A stretch of 52,632 nt of DNA from IMG/VR virus record IMGVR_UViG_3300006162_000018, positions 1-52,632 of that record. One strand, 5' to 3'. The translations under genes were made by a program, and so were the position numbers. A model generated the notes under the pieces. That model saw only the letters and a list, made by a program, of their open reading frames with translations, was not told the DNA's origin and searched no databases. This document shows, one piece after another, positions 35,711 through 46,166 of this stretch; the first letter of the stretch is position 1, and the number at the start of each line of letters is the position of its first letter. The DNA comes from a virus. Its lineage: Duplodnaviria; Caudoviricetes.

Positions 35711-36500
35711 TGGGCTCTACGATTTTTCGCTCAGCAACGGCGAGGTCGTGCTGGAAGCGTTCTCACGCTGCCAGATCCGCGCGACCTCACTGACCGTTTA
35801 TCACATGCGGGACGCCTATCGGTCGCAGAACCTATGCCTCCAAGCCTGGGCCAACAAGGGCGTCAATCTCTTCCAGCAAGTTCAGGGCGTCGTCCAGCTT
35901 GTCGTCGGGCAGGGCACTTATCTGATGCCCGACAACATCGTGTCGATCACCGATGCCTACTACAATACAATCCTCTCGACCGGACCTGGACCGGATTGGG
36001 ATGCTCCGGTCAACGACTGGCTTGAACCGCAGGTATCGGCCGATCCACAAGTGGTGATCACTCAGAGCCAGGACCGCTGGCTGATGCCGCGAGGTCGCGC
36101 CGACATCGCGATGATCCCGAACAAACAATATGATGGCTTGCCGACTATCTACTGGTTCAACCGGTTGGGGCCGCCTGGCCAGACCACGCTTACTTTCTGG
36201 CAGCCGCCACTATTCGGCTACCCGCAAGCCGCAGTCACCTATTTTGCGTTACGACAGATCCAGGACGCCAATCTCGCGAATGGCGAGACACCTGACGTAG
36301 CGAACCGCGCGCTTGACGCGCTGTGCGCCGATGTGGCCTTCCGTCTGGCTCGCAAATATGCGCCGCAACTGATCGGCGCTCCGAATACCGGTGGCTTGCT
36401 CGACGACAAGATGGAATCGTGGGCGTTGTTCGCCGCCGAGGATACCGAGAAGGCCGAGGTGTTCATCGCACCTCGGCTCGCTGCATACTGGAAAGTGTGA
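35661..36500 (+). CDS. Putative head completion / adaptor protein
   Basis: SGLYDF...EAFSRC...WANKGVNL...IPNK...RQIQDA...A.ED.E pattern. Confidence 0.7.
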   Translation: MSQRRNPVPQGVPGTPSGLYDFSLSNGEVVLEAFSRCQIRATSLTVYHMRDAYRSQNLCLQAWANKGVNLFQQVQGVVQLVVGQGTYLMPDNIVSITDAYYNTILSTGPGPDWDAPVNDWLEPQVSADPQVVITQSQDRWLMPRGRADIAMIPNKQYDGLPTIYWFNRLGPPGQTTLTFWQPPLFGYPQAAVTYFALRQIQDANLANGETPDVANRALDALCADVAFRLARKYAPQLIGAPNTGGLLDDKMESWALFAAEDTEKAEVFIAPRLAAYWKV

Positions 36501-36504
36501 TCTG

Positions 36505-37248
36505 ATGGGCTGGGCTGATCGCGCTGGTCAGGCTACGGTCGATCCGCAAAGGCCACGTGCCTTCGGTGTGTGCGACGACTGCGGAGAATGGTACAATCGG
36601 CACAATCTCCGTGATCAATACGAGTGGTACGGCGCCGAGCTGACGGATACGCATCGGCGCGTCTGCGCTCGATGCCTTTCCAAGCCACAGGATCAGCTCC
36701 GTCCGATTTTGCTGCCGCCCGATCCGGTTCCGATCATTGATCCACGCCCGGAATATCCTAGCGTCCTGCAAAATCAGAATGGGTTTTCGTACTACGTCGG
36801 CCCACAAGGCACGACCATTATCAAACCGGTCGTCGCCGAACTCGACCCGACGATGCCGCTACCCAACAAAGCGGCGGTGCTGGCATCGGCTGCGAGTGGA
36901 TGGGGCGAGCCGATGCCGGCGACTCTGATCGACCGCGGCGGCACGATCACGCTCTCTGGCGTTGGGCAGATGATCACGGCCCCGAACCCTGCGCGTACCT
37001 ATCTCTTGCTGTTCAATCCGGCGTCTGGGCTCTTGGCGGCAGCGCAGGGCATGCCGCCGGTCTTGGGGATCTCGTCCGCCAATGTGCTGTCTCCAACCCA
37101 GGCTGAGACTGGGACGATCTTCGTGGGAACCGGATCAGGAGTGCTGCAAAACGGCACGAAGATTCCTCCGGATCCCGTATGGCTAGGTTCCGTTTGGGTG
37201 TTGGGCTTGATTCCCGGCCAGCCGTTCTTCGCTTGGGAGAATGGCTGA
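36505..37248 (+). CDS. Zinc-finger (CxxC...CxxC) virion morphogenesis protein with C-terminal beta domain
   Basis: VCDDCG...VCARC...PQ.QL...DPVPIIDPRPE. Confidence 0.65.
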   Translation: MGWADRAGQATVDPQRPRAFGVCDDCGEWYNRHNLRDQYEWYGAELTDTHRRVCARCLSKPQDQLRPILLPPDPVPIIDPRPEYPSVLQNQNGFSYYVGPQGTTIIKPVVAELDPTMPLPNKAAVLASAASGWGEPMPATLIDRGGTITLSGVGQMITAPNPARTYLLLFNPASGLLAAAQGMPPVLGISSANVLSPTQAETGTIFVGTGSGVLQNGTKIPPDPVWLGSVWVLGLIPGQPFFAWENG

Positions 37249-37694
37249 TGCGCTGGTTGGCACTCTTCCTCTTGCTGATCTCGACGCCGGCATGGGCGAC
37301 AAGCTCGATTGACCCGAATCAGCCGGCCGGGACAACTTATACCTCGGAACCGACCCGGAACAATTTCGCGGCTTTTGCCGCCGATGTGAATGCCCAGCAG
37401 AATTGCAATCGCGGTTCTATCCCCCCAGCCAATCCGCAAACTGGATATTGTTGGCTGAATGTCCTGAGTCCGACGACATATTGTTATGAAGTTTATTCTG
37501 GCTCGGGGTGGGTTCCGGTTTTTGCGATGTATCCGACGACCAATACTGTGGCTATGGCCGTGCAGCTACCGATTACCGCCCAGGCGATATTGACCGATGA
37601 TTCAGGTAGATATCTGCTGACCGATCCTTCAACGGGCTCCCTGCTCACTACTCCTACGACAACATTTTCGGTGTGGCAATGCGTCGCGCAGTGA
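37248..37694 (+). CDS. Signal-peptide-bearing tail-region protein (paralog of 39533)
   Basis: MRWLALFLLLISTPAWA|TSSIDPNQP...RNNF...GYCWLN. Confidence 0.75.
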   Translation: MRWLALFLLLISTPAWATSSIDPNQPAGTTYTSEPTRNNFAAFAADVNAQQNCNRGSIPPANPQTGYCWLNVLSPTTYCYEVYSGSGWVPVFAMYPTTNTVAMAVQLPITAQAILTDDSGRYLLTDPSTGSLLTTPTTTFSVWQCVAQ

Positions 37695-39487
37695 TTGCAT
37701 TCCTGACGTTGTGGTGCGCTATTGTCTTCGGTCCTTCGGACGGACGCGCACAGAGCGCTTGTCCCGCGCCGCTACCTGCCGGCACTCTATGTTTCCCGTT
37801 TCCAGCCTACACGAATGCGGCGCCTCCTGTCACGACGCCCGCGTCAACCGATCGGACGCCCTACGTGCAGGGTTCGGTGACCCATTTCATCGGGCCGTGG
37901 GCGGTGAATGACGTTCGCCAATGGGGAGCGGTGGGCGACGGCGTGACGGATGACTCTGGTCATATCCAGGCCTGTCTTAGCGCCCAGCCGCCGGGCGGTT
38001 GCTTCGCCGGGGGCAAGCGGTATTTCATCGGTAGCGGCGTGCAGATTCCAGCCGGTTCGACCTTGGACTGCGGCTATGGGATGGGAGACCTCGGCAGCCA
38101 TACCAGCACACAGAGCAACCTCAACATCTACCCGGCGCTTCTGCTGACTCCAGGCAGCGGCGAGATCACCGCCAGCGGCCCCTCGGCTCGGGTCAAAGGC
38201 TGCCTGATCCTCAACAAGAACCTGACCTTTCCGGTGGCGGATAGCAGCGGCTTCGCCGGCATCGCCGTCGCCGATAACGGAAACGCTAGTTTCAATGTGG
38301 TGGATAGCGAGATCCTCGGCTTCGATACTACGATCTGGATCACCGGCAACCGGCCTTACTTGCAGCATCTGATCCTCGATGGTACGGGGATTTCAAAAGC
38401 CGCCCTCGAAATTGATGTCGGTAACACCGATAGCGGTATCGCCGACGACGTTAAGATCCAAACTGGGCAGTCTGCACCGTTTAGTTGCCCGAACGGCGAG
38501 CGCCCAGGTACAGGGGTACGTGTGGCCGGGACGCCTATCGGCGCCGCCGGCATTTTCATGAACAATATCGTCTCGCAGCCGTTTCAGACGGCTGATTACG
38601 AGTTCGATAATTCGGTGATTGCCCAGAATATCTGGGCAGACGGCGCTGGGATTGCGTGTGGTTTTGGCAGTTCAATCGGCGTTCTAATCAATAATCCCGG
38701 AGCAACCGTACAGATCGATACCCTGACGGCCGGGGATATGAATGTGCCGCTGGCGGTCAAAAATGGGTTGCTGATCGTAAACCAGATTTACGCGGAGTTG
38801 GCTGGCAGCGACGGAATCGAAGTAGGAACAAATTCGACCGCAGGACAAATATATGCGACGCAAGTTCAAATCGTCAGTGTAGGTCGGGTGAGCGGATATG
38901 GAGTTAACTTAGAAAATGTAAACTCTAGGTTCTCTGCAAATCAGGCAACCATCCTTAGCGCCAACGGTTCCGCGGCCCCGTATGTCGCCAATACCTCCGG
39001 CTCCAATATGTACATGGGTGGGAGCGGGAACAAACAAAACCTAGTTTACATCGGCAATCTTCGCACGGATCTATCCGTCACCACCAGCCCCTATAGCACT
39101 AATCTGTTCGCTGGAACGGGCAGTGACCCGATGCTGGCCGGGCTGAAACCCTCTCCCGGACCGATATGCAGCGACGTTGGTAGTGGCGGTACGTGCGCAT
39201 TGGATTCATCGAATAGTGACCAGAATGCTGGCACGCTTGTCATTACCGCCGGGTCGGGAGCCTTGGCGGCGGGCGAGTTCGATCTCGCGATGCCGGTTAG
39301 TTTCGCCTCTGGTCAGGCGTGTGTTGCTGCTCTACAGGTTGGAACCGGCGTTTGGGATCGCTTGGCCGGTTTTACCGTTGTGGGGCCATTGTCCGGGAAC
39401 GTCGTGGCCTTCGATTGGTCAAACAATAGTGTCAACCTGACACCGGGCGAGACCTATAAATTCGCGTACAATTGCCGCCCGCTATGA
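37679..39487 (+). CDS. Tailspike-like beta-helix (pectate-lyase-3-like) protein with signal peptide
   Basis: MRRAVIAFLTLWCAIVFGPSDGRA|; DVRQWGAVGDGVTDDSGHIQ beta-helix cap motif. Confidence 0.8.
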   Translation: MRRAVIAFLTLWCAIVFGPSDGRAQSACPAPLPAGTLCFPFPAYTNAAPPVTTPASTDRTPYVQGSVTHFIGPWAVNDVRQWGAVGDGVTDDSGHIQACLSAQPPGGCFAGGKRYFIGSGVQIPAGSTLDCGYGMGDLGSHTSTQSNLNIYPALLLTPGSGEITASGPSARVKGCLILNKNLTFPVADSSGFAGIAVADNGNASFNVVDSEILGFDTTIWITGNRPYLQHLILDGTGISKAALEIDVGNTDSGIADDVKIQTGQSAPFSCPNGERPGTGVRVAGTPIGAAGIFMNNIVSQPFQTADYEFDNSVIAQNIWADGAGIACGFGSSIGVLINNPGATVQIDTLTAGDMNVPLAVKNGLLIVNQIYAELAGSDGIEVGTNSTAGQIYATQVQIVSVGRVSGYGVNLENVNSRFSANQATILSANGSAAPYVANTSGSNMYMGGSGNKQNLVYIGNLRTDLSVTTSPYSTNLFAGTGSDPMLAGLKPSPGPICSDVGSGGTCALDSSNSDQNAGTLVITAGSGALAAGEFDLAMPVSFASGQACVAALQVGTGVWDRLAGFTVVGPLSGNVVAFDWSNNSVNLTPGETYKFAYNCRPL

Positions 39488-39532
39488 GACTGATAGCGTT
39501 CGTCGCCAATCCGCTGGGTCATTGAGGAGCCA

Positions 39533-40006
39533 ATGCGCCGCGTTTCCCCTTTGATCGCGGCAGCACCGATCGCATGCTTGGTCCGCGCGATCGTCATCAT
39601 CGTCGCCGTCCTGGTCCTTGGCGTGCAGCCTTTTGTTGCCAAGGCCAATAGCACGATCAACCCGGCGATGCCTCAATCCGGCGTGCCCTACAACTCAGTT
39701 CCGATCAGAAACAACTTCCAAGCCGGCGCGAACGATATCAACGGTTTGCAGACCTGCAATCAGGGCGCGACGCCCCCCTCGGCCCCGAACACCGGATATT
39801 GTTGGCTGAACACCAGCAATTCGGCGCTTTGGTGCCGCGAAATCTACAACGGCGTGTTGAGCACCTGGACGCCGGTCTACGCGATAAATCCGATCACGCA
39901 ACAGGTTACGTTTGGGTCGTGCGCCGTCACCCCCTCACTAGCCTTGGGGTTGTACTCTGGTGGAACGCTGGGTCTCTATAGTGGAGGGTCGCTTGGCTTA
40001 TATTAG
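39533..40006 (+). CDS. Signal-peptide-bearing tail-region protein (paralog of 37248)
   Basis: GAGGAG RBS; hydrophobic leader ending VAKA|NSTINPAMP...RNNF...GYCWLN. Confidence 0.75.
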   Translation: MRRVSPLIAAAPIACLVRAIVIIVAVLVLGVQPFVAKANSTINPAMPQSGVPYNSVPIRNNFQAGANDINGLQTCNQGATPPSAPNTGYCWLNTSNSALWCREIYNGVLSTWTPVYAINPITQQVTFGSCAVTPSLALGLYSGGTLGLYSGGSLGLY

Positions 40007-42710
40007 ACGGACTCTCTATGGGGCGCTGGTTGCCCTGGTCTCGGCTGGTCCTGCCGCGGCTCAGACAACGACCCTTGTGGGGAATATTGCGACACCGACG
40101 ACGGTGCCGATGGTATCCTTCAACAATTGTTTTTATGTCGGGCAGGGAGTTAGCGGATCAACCGGAACCGATACCAAGCTTTGTGCGAGCACAGCGGCTG
40201 GCTGGGCGAACGCTTTCGGCTTGGCGCCGATTACGACGATCGGTTCGGGACTAACTCTCAGTTCCGGCGTCTTAGCGGCAACTGGCGGCGGCGGGACGCC
40301 CGGCGGATCAAATCAAGCTGCACAGATCAACAGCTCCGGCTCCTTTGGCGCGATCGGCCCCACAGCGAGCAACCTCTTTGGCTGGAACGCATCGGGGATC
40401 GCGACCCCAATCGTGCTGGGAACGAATCTATCGCTGTCAGGCTCGACGCTGAATGCCACTGGCGGCAGCGGAACGCCGGGCGGGTCGAACGGCCAGATTC
40501 AGTATAACAATTCCGGCGCGTTTGGCGGCTTTACCTTCAGCGGCGGCATGACGGTTACGCCATCAACCGGCGTTGTCGTGCTTGGCAATCCGGGGCCTTC
40601 CACCCTCGGCGGAATCGAGAGCATCGCGCAGGCTGCCGGCGAGTTCGTTCAGTACATCGACACATCCGGAGTCCCGCATCTGGCGACGCCATCCGGCGGC
40701 GGTAATTTCAGCGGCCCCGGAAGTGCTGTCTCCAATGACCTCGTCTCGTTCAATGGCACGTCCGGCACCGTAGGCCAGGATAGTGGCATTCTCTCGACCA
40801 ACGTCGTCACCGCGGCGGCCACGCTAACTTCAAATGCCCTGACCTTGGGCGGCGGCTCCAAGGCAGTTTCCGTGCTCGGGTCTCTCGGCACGACGACGAC
40901 CTTGCTGCATGGCAACGGCGCCGGCCCACCATCCTTCGGCGCGGTTGTCCTGACGACCGATGTGAGCGGCGTCCTGCCCCTGGCAAACGGCGGGAGCAAT
41001 GCGGCCCTGACGGCAGCCGCTGGGGCCGTCCCCTATTCCACAGGCAGCGCGTTGGCATTGCTGGCCGCCGGCACGTCGGGGCAATTCTTAGAGTCTCAGG
41101 GCGCGGCCCCGCCGATTTGGGGCTCGCCTTCCGGTTCAGGCACAGTCGGAAGCTGCTCGACGGCGGATGCGCTGGCCTACTACGCCGCGACAGGAACGAC
41201 GACTAGCTGCTTGGCTGGCGTCGGCACTTCGGGGCAGGTGTTGACCAGCAACGGCACGGGCGTTGCGCCGACATTCCAGGCCGCTGGCGGTTTCACGGCG
41301 CCCACGCTTTCCCCCGGCTTGGCTACGACGCCGGGAACCTACAATGCCGGCGCGCAAACTCTTACATCAGGCAGCACGCTGTCGCCGCAGATTTTCTACA
41401 AGGCGGAAACATCGAGCTGCACCCTCAACTCGACCTGCAATTCGCCATCGACAAACGACACGGCTCTGTTGCCGACATTCACCAATGCGAGCCTGACGGG
41501 GACTCTGCCAAATCCGAGTACGGTGGGTTCTGGCTCGTACCAGATCGGCTATGACGGCACTCACAGCTATTCGGTGACGACGGTCGGTGGCACCGCCAGC
41601 ATCTACGGTTGCGGCACGCCCGGAACGACGGTCTCGGGAATCGCCTACCAGACTCAGTTCGTTACCGACGGCACGAATTATCAGTGCATCCCGAGCGGCG
41701 CGAGCAGTGGTTCCGGCGTGACCAGCGTCGGGCTGACGGTCCCGGCCGCGTCGATCTTCGGTGTCACGGGATCGCCGGTTACGACGAGCGGCAATCTCGG
41801 GCTGACAACGACCGTGACCTCGGGCGGTGTACTCTATGGATCTTCTGGGACGCAGGTCGCGTCGAGCGGCGCACTGACGGTAAATGCCCTTGTCAAGGGC
41901 GGTGGGGCTGGGACGGCTCCAAGTCCCTCGTCCGTGACAGACAACGGCACGATCGTAAATGCGAGCGCCGAGCCTATCCAAGTCGCTCAGGCATATTCGA
42001 CTCCGGGCGCTCTGACCGATGCGTCAACGGTCGCGGTGAACGCCGCTCTCAGCAACAATTTCACCTTGCTGATGACTTCCGGGATCGGCGCGACCCGCGC
42101 GTTGGGCAATCCGTCGAATTTGGTTGCTGGGCAAGTTCTGAACTTCGTCGTCACTCAGGACCCTACAGGCGGCCGGTTGCTGACTTTCGGGTCGGATTAC
42201 ACGGGGACCATTGCCCTGAATGCCGGGGCAAACGCGGTAACGCCGTTCTCGTGCGTGGCAAACACCTCCTCGACCTTGCAGTGTGCGGGCGGGGCCTCGA
42301 TCACTCCGGCCATCGCGCAAAGCTCTCCGTCGAACCCGACCGGCACGACATCGACGACGCCGGTCATGATGGGGCTCGCCGGCACGCTGACCCCACTTTA
42401 TAAAACCCGCATGTTCGTCTCGATCCAAGGGACGATTGCCAATTCGACGATCTCCGATGGGGCGACGGTGCGCTGCTATTTCGGGACGAGCACGGCGCCG
42501 ACCAATGGTGCCGCCCTTACCGGGACCGCGATCGGCTCGGCCCGCACAAACTCGACGCTGATCGCCGGGGCCGGGGTGCCGTTCTCATGTGGGGGCTGGG
42601 TGACGGGCCTCACAGCCAACACGGCATACTGGATCGACGCGGCGGTTGCTGCGGTTACGGGCGGGACGGCCTCGATTACCGCCGTCGATATCTCCGCAAA
42701 TGAGTTCTAA
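39993..42710 (+). CDS. Tail-fibre-like protein with signal peptide
   Basis: TTG start after GGAGG: MAYIRRTLYGALVALVSAGPAAA|; fibre repeats GTPGGSNGQIQYNN, GTSGQVLTSNG, VLPLANGG. Confidence 0.8.
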   Translation: MAYIRRTLYGALVALVSAGPAAAQTTTLVGNIATPTTVPMVSFNNCFYVGQGVSGSTGTDTKLCASTAAGWANAFGLAPITTIGSGLTLSSGVLAATGGGGTPGGSNQAAQINSSGSFGAIGPTASNLFGWNASGIATPIVLGTNLSLSGSTLNATGGSGTPGGSNGQIQYNNSGAFGGFTFSGGMTVTPSTGVVVLGNPGPSTLGGIESIAQAAGEFVQYIDTSGVPHLATPSGGGNFSGPGSAVSNDLVSFNGTSGTVGQDSGILSTNVVTAAATLTSNALTLGGGSKAVSVLGSLGTTTTLLHGNGAGPPSFGAVVLTTDVSGVLPLANGGSNAALTAAAGAVPYSTGSALALLAAGTSGQFLESQGAAPPIWGSPSGSGTVGSCSTADALAYYAATGTTTSCLAGVGTSGQVLTSNGTGVAPTFQAAGGFTAPTLSPGLATTPGTYNAGAQTLTSGSTLSPQIFYKAETSSCTLNSTCNSPSTNDTALLPTFTNASLTGTLPNPSTVGSGSYQIGYDGTHSYSVTTVGGTASIYGCGTPGTTVSGIAYQTQFVTDGTNYQCIPSGASSGSGVTSVGLTVPAASIFGVTGSPVTTSGNLGLTTTVTSGGVLYGSSGTQVASSGALTVNALVKGGGAGTAPSPSSVTDNGTIVNASAEPIQVAQAYSTPGALTDASTVAVNAALSNNFTLLMTSGIGATRALGNPSNLVAGQVLNFVVTQDPTGGRLLTFGSDYTGTIALNAGANAVTPFSCVANTSSTLQCAGGASITPAIAQSSPSNPTGTTSTTPVMMGLAGTLTPLYKTRMFVSIQGTIANSTISDGATVRCYFGTSTAPTNGAALTGTAIGSARTNSTLIAGAGVPFSCGGWVTGLTANTAYWIDAAVAAVTGGTASITAVDISANEF

Positions 42711-42720
42711 GAGGATGACG

Positions 42721-43281
42721 ATGATGCTGAAAAGACTGTTCCTCGCATTTGCGTTGGTGCTCGCACTGGCGCAGGGCGCAAATGCTGCCAGCCGATCGGC
42801 ATGGACCGCAGGTAACGGGGTCGGTTATACATGGACCGCCGTAATGGCGTCCGGGGATATGACCTCGCTTGCCAACGGCAGTACAGTTCTATCGAGCGCC
42901 AGCTCGATCACAAACCAGACCGCTCAAGATCAGTTTATGGATCTTGGCGGGGTCTGGACTGTTGCCAGCGCAACGCCCCCGGCCGGCGCTTACATCGGCA
43001 TCTATCTAGTGCCTCTGAATAGTGATGGCGCGACGTTCGGAACGGGAGAAATGGCCTCCGGTTCGACCATCACTCGCGCCCCGGCTGCCGGTCTTGTTTG
43101 CAGCATGCCGCAAGAAACCGCCGCCGCCACAACGACACTCGCAGGAACTTGCACCGGGATCATCATCCCGCCCGGTAGCTTTAGGATCGCCGTATTCAAT
43201 GGCTCCGGTGCGGGGTTAAGTTCAACCGCGGGCAACAACACCCTGCTTTATCGTACCTACAATATCAACCTCAACAACTGA
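42721..43281 (+). CDS. Signal-peptide-bearing beta-sandwich protein
   Basis: MMLKRLFLAFALVLALAQGANA|ASRS. Confidence 0.75.
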   Translation: MMLKRLFLAFALVLALAQGANAASRSAWTAGNGVGYTWTAVMASGDMTSLANGSTVLSSASSITNQTAQDQFMDLGGVWTVASATPPAGAYIGIYLVPLNSDGATFGTGEMASGSTITRAPAAGLVCSMPQETAAATTTLAGTCTGIIIPPGSFRIAVFNGSGAGLSSTAGNNTLLYRTYNINLNN

Positions 43282-43285
43282 TCTT

Positions 43286-44221
43286 ATGGCATACCTTACA
43301 GGATATGCGTCGATCGCTCGACGCGCGGCATCTGGAGTAATCCCGAGCATTGCGACCAGTCATCCTTTAGCGCGGGGGCTGCTCGCCGCGTACTATCCGG
43401 CGACGGCTCCCAATGGTACATTGCAGAACCTCGTAGCAGGCGGCAACGGCAATCTGACGACGCGTGTTGGCGTTGCGGTTGGGCTTTCGCCAACTCCCGA
43501 GGGACCAGGTCTTCTTTATTCCGGCCAGGCGACAGCATCATTTGGCGGCGCATGCCCTTCGACATTTCAATTATCTTCCGGCCAATCTCTTTTTGTGAGA
43601 ATGAAACGAGGGCCAACCGTCTATCAAGGTGGGCATGTTGCTTATTTATTTGGGGTTGCGATTACTTCCAGTCCGTTCAATTGCTATATTATAGGGACGG
43701 GGCTGAACGGAAGCACGGGAAATGGGCAATTAGGACTATTGTACCAAACGACCGCTTCGTCTTACATCGGAACTGCCATACTGCCTCTAAACACGATGGC
43801 TTCTGCGGGAGCTACGTTTGGGTCCGGCGCTCCCGGCAAATTGTACGTGAATGGCGCACAAGATACGGTAACAGGTTCGCCACCAAATGTGAACATCACC
43901 ACTTACACTCCTAACCCGACTATATATCTAGGGCTACAGAATACGACCGACTCTGTCTATGCCACAATCACTGTGGCTTATATTTGGGGACGACCCCTGA
44001 ACGATGGAGAGCATCGTTATCTTGACGCCAATCCCTATTCGCTGCTGCGCTGGCCGGTTGATATCGTTTATGATACAATTGAAAATCAAACGACGGTGCT
44101 TCCATCAGGCGTGATCGTTAATAAACCCATGATTTTCTCCCCGTTGATGCTTGCGGGCGTCGGCGGTCTGGAGTGGCTACGAAAACGCAAGATCAAGATG
44201 CGGCAATTGCGGGGGCAATAA
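43286..44221 (+). CDS. LamG/concanavalin-A-like protein with hydrophobic + basic C-terminus
   Basis: HPLARGL, KLYVNG, AYIWGRPL; ends MLAGVGGLEWLRKRKIK. Confidence 0.7.
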   Translation: MAYLTGYASIARRAASGVIPSIATSHPLARGLLAAYYPATAPNGTLQNLVAGGNGNLTTRVGVAVGLSPTPEGPGLLYSGQATASFGGACPSTFQLSSGQSLFVRMKRGPTVYQGGHVAYLFGVAITSSPFNCYIIGTGLNGSTGNGQLGLLYQTTASSYIGTAILPLNTMASAGATFGSGAPGKLYVNGAQDTVTGSPPNVNITTYTPNPTIYLGLQNTTDSVYATITVAYIWGRPLNDGEHRYLDANPYSLLRWPVDIVYDTIENQTTVLPSGVIVNKPMIFSPLMLAGVGGLEWLRKRKIKMRQLRGQ

Positions 44222-46165
44222 GTGCGTCGATGGCTTCTTGCGGTTCTGCTGCTGCTGTTGTTCTGCGGGTCAGCCTCGGCGCGATTTCTACCCGGCGGCG
44301 GCAGCGCGCCGATTACGACCTACACGCCGCTGTGCGGCGGATCAAACCCGACGTGCATCTATACCTACTCGACCGAGCGCCAGATGGCCTCGACCGCGAC
44401 CACGGCGATCCAGGTATACCGCTCGGTCGATGGTACGATGCAGGATATCGGTTTCACCAGCGCCGGGCTGGTCAACACCGCAACCGTCGATGCATTTTGC
44501 AACGCCTCGGTCGGCGGGGTGATCTCGCGTAACTGCTTGCTCGCGCAGATATACGACCAGTCGGGCAACGCCTGCCCGATCTGGAACGCCAACGCTTCGA
44601 CTATGCCGGATTATTACGTCGATCCGGGGCATCAGGGGCTACCGCGGTTCCAGGCGGTGTATCAAGGCAGCGGCGCCGTATTCAGCTTCCTGCTCGACAG
44701 CGGCGGCACGACGCAGAACCCGCCCACCCATCATTGCGCCGCCTTGACCGGCCCGGCGCAATCCTTGTTCTTCGCCGGCAACAGCAGCTATGGGGCGTTC
44801 TCTTCAGGGCAGAACGGCCTCATGGAAGGTACGGTCGCGAGCGGGCCACAGGGCGCGATGTTCGCCGCCTTCACCGGACCTTCGGGATACGCCTACGATC
44901 ATTGTTTAACTTCGTCACCCTGCGGCGGCATGGATACAGAAGCGCAGGGGCCGCAGTACAATTATACTCGCACCAGCAACGATGATTTCATCGATATCGC
45001 TGCGGCTCCTACCAGCGGTAACAGCCCGTGGAACGTTTGGATCAACAACGTAAATGTCAGTGCGCCGTTCGCGCCCGATAGCGTGGTTGACGCGCTAGTG
45101 ACTGGGTTCCGCATGACGTGGGGCGCGTCCGGCGATCATTCTCAGCATGGGCCGAACATCGGGCGTTCTGAATCGTTCTACAACTCGGTTCTATCCTCGG
45201 GACAGGTAGCGGCGCTTTACAGCAACGAGACCAGCTTTGTTGCGGGACTGACGACCGGGTATGTCGGTCCCGGCGACAACGCGATCGCCGGCAATGAAAA
45301 CAGCTATTCGACCGGCCTCACCTCGCAAAAGGTGCTGCAATTGCAGTGGCTGTCGCAGTGCTTCTCTTTGCGCAAGTGCTATGCCGGATATGAGGGGCCG
45401 GCGCTGAACGCCTGCCAGGGCAGCGGGGCATGCGAGGATATCGGTTGGGTCAACAACATCATCGACACCGCGACCCTGAGCGCGTGGTGCGGGCCGGTGA
45501 GCGGGCTCAATAACTGCGCGGCGCAGATTTGGTACAACGAGGCGCTCAACCAAGCGAGCGACACCAACGGAGTCGGCACCGGGATCGACGCCACGGCGGT
45601 ATCATCGTCGAACCGGCCAGCGATCTTGTGGTCCGGCTGCGGTACTTCGGCGATCACGGTTTGCATCCAGACCAGCGCCACCAACTACTTCACCACAGCC
45701 GGAATCACCGTCACCGGCGGATACACGATGAGCGCGGTGGCGATGCGGACCGCGGGAACGAGCGCGAGTGCGATCCTTTCCTCGGTTTCGACCCCGGAGA
45801 CTTTCATCGGGTTTGGCGCGGCGAACACCTGCACCGGCAGCGCCACATCGGGCGGCGGCGCATCGACCGTGGCCTGCAACGACAATGTGGTTCACAGCAT
45901 TACCGTCGATGCCCACACGTCGCCCTCCGCATCGACGATCACCTATGCCGACGGTACGGCGGGAACGGCCAACATCTCGGCGATCGGCTACAGCGCCAGC
46001 GGGCTCGGCGTCGGCGCGACCGGCGCCGGACTCGACCCTTGCGCTTGCCAGTTGAGCGAAGTGCTGGTCTATACCGACGCGCACAACACCAGCTACAATA
46101 CGGCCCTTGGCTCATCGGGCGTCGCTCTCTTGCGTGCCAATCAGCGCGCAGTCTTCGGGTTCTAG
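44222..46165 (+). CDS. Secreted protein with two arabinofuranosidase-B (GH54)-like beta-sandwich modules
   Basis: MRRWLLAVLLLLLFCGSASA|RFLPGGGS; YSTERQM...QDIGF...AFC...CLLAQIYDQSGN; second copy FSLRK...EDIG...IWYN. Confidence 0.7.
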   Translation: MRRWLLAVLLLLLFCGSASARFLPGGGSAPITTYTPLCGGSNPTCIYTYSTERQMASTATTAIQVYRSVDGTMQDIGFTSAGLVNTATVDAFCNASVGGVISRNCLLAQIYDQSGNACPIWNANASTMPDYYVDPGHQGLPRFQAVYQGSGAVFSFLLDSGGTTQNPPTHHCAALTGPAQSLFFAGNSSYGAFSSGQNGLMEGTVASGPQGAMFAAFTGPSGYAYDHCLTSSPCGGMDTEAQGPQYNYTRTSNDDFIDIAAAPTSGNSPWNVWINNVNVSAPFAPDSVVDALVTGFRMTWGASGDHSQHGPNIGRSESFYNSVLSSGQVAALYSNETSFVAGLTTGYVGPGDNAIAGNENSYSTGLTSQKVLQLQWLSQCFSLRKCYAGYEGPALNACQGSGACEDIGWVNNIIDTATLSAWCGPVSGLNNCAAQIWYNEALNQASDTNGVGTGIDATAVSSSNRPAILWSGCGTSAITVCIQTSATNYFTTAGITVTGGYTMSAVAMRTAGTSASAILSSVSTPETFIGFGAANTCTGSATSGGGASTVACNDNVVHSITVDAHTSPSASTITYADGTAGTANISAIGYSASGLGVGATGAGLDPCACQLSEVLVYTDAHNTSYNTALGSSGVALLRANQRAVFGF

Positions 46166-46166
46166 G

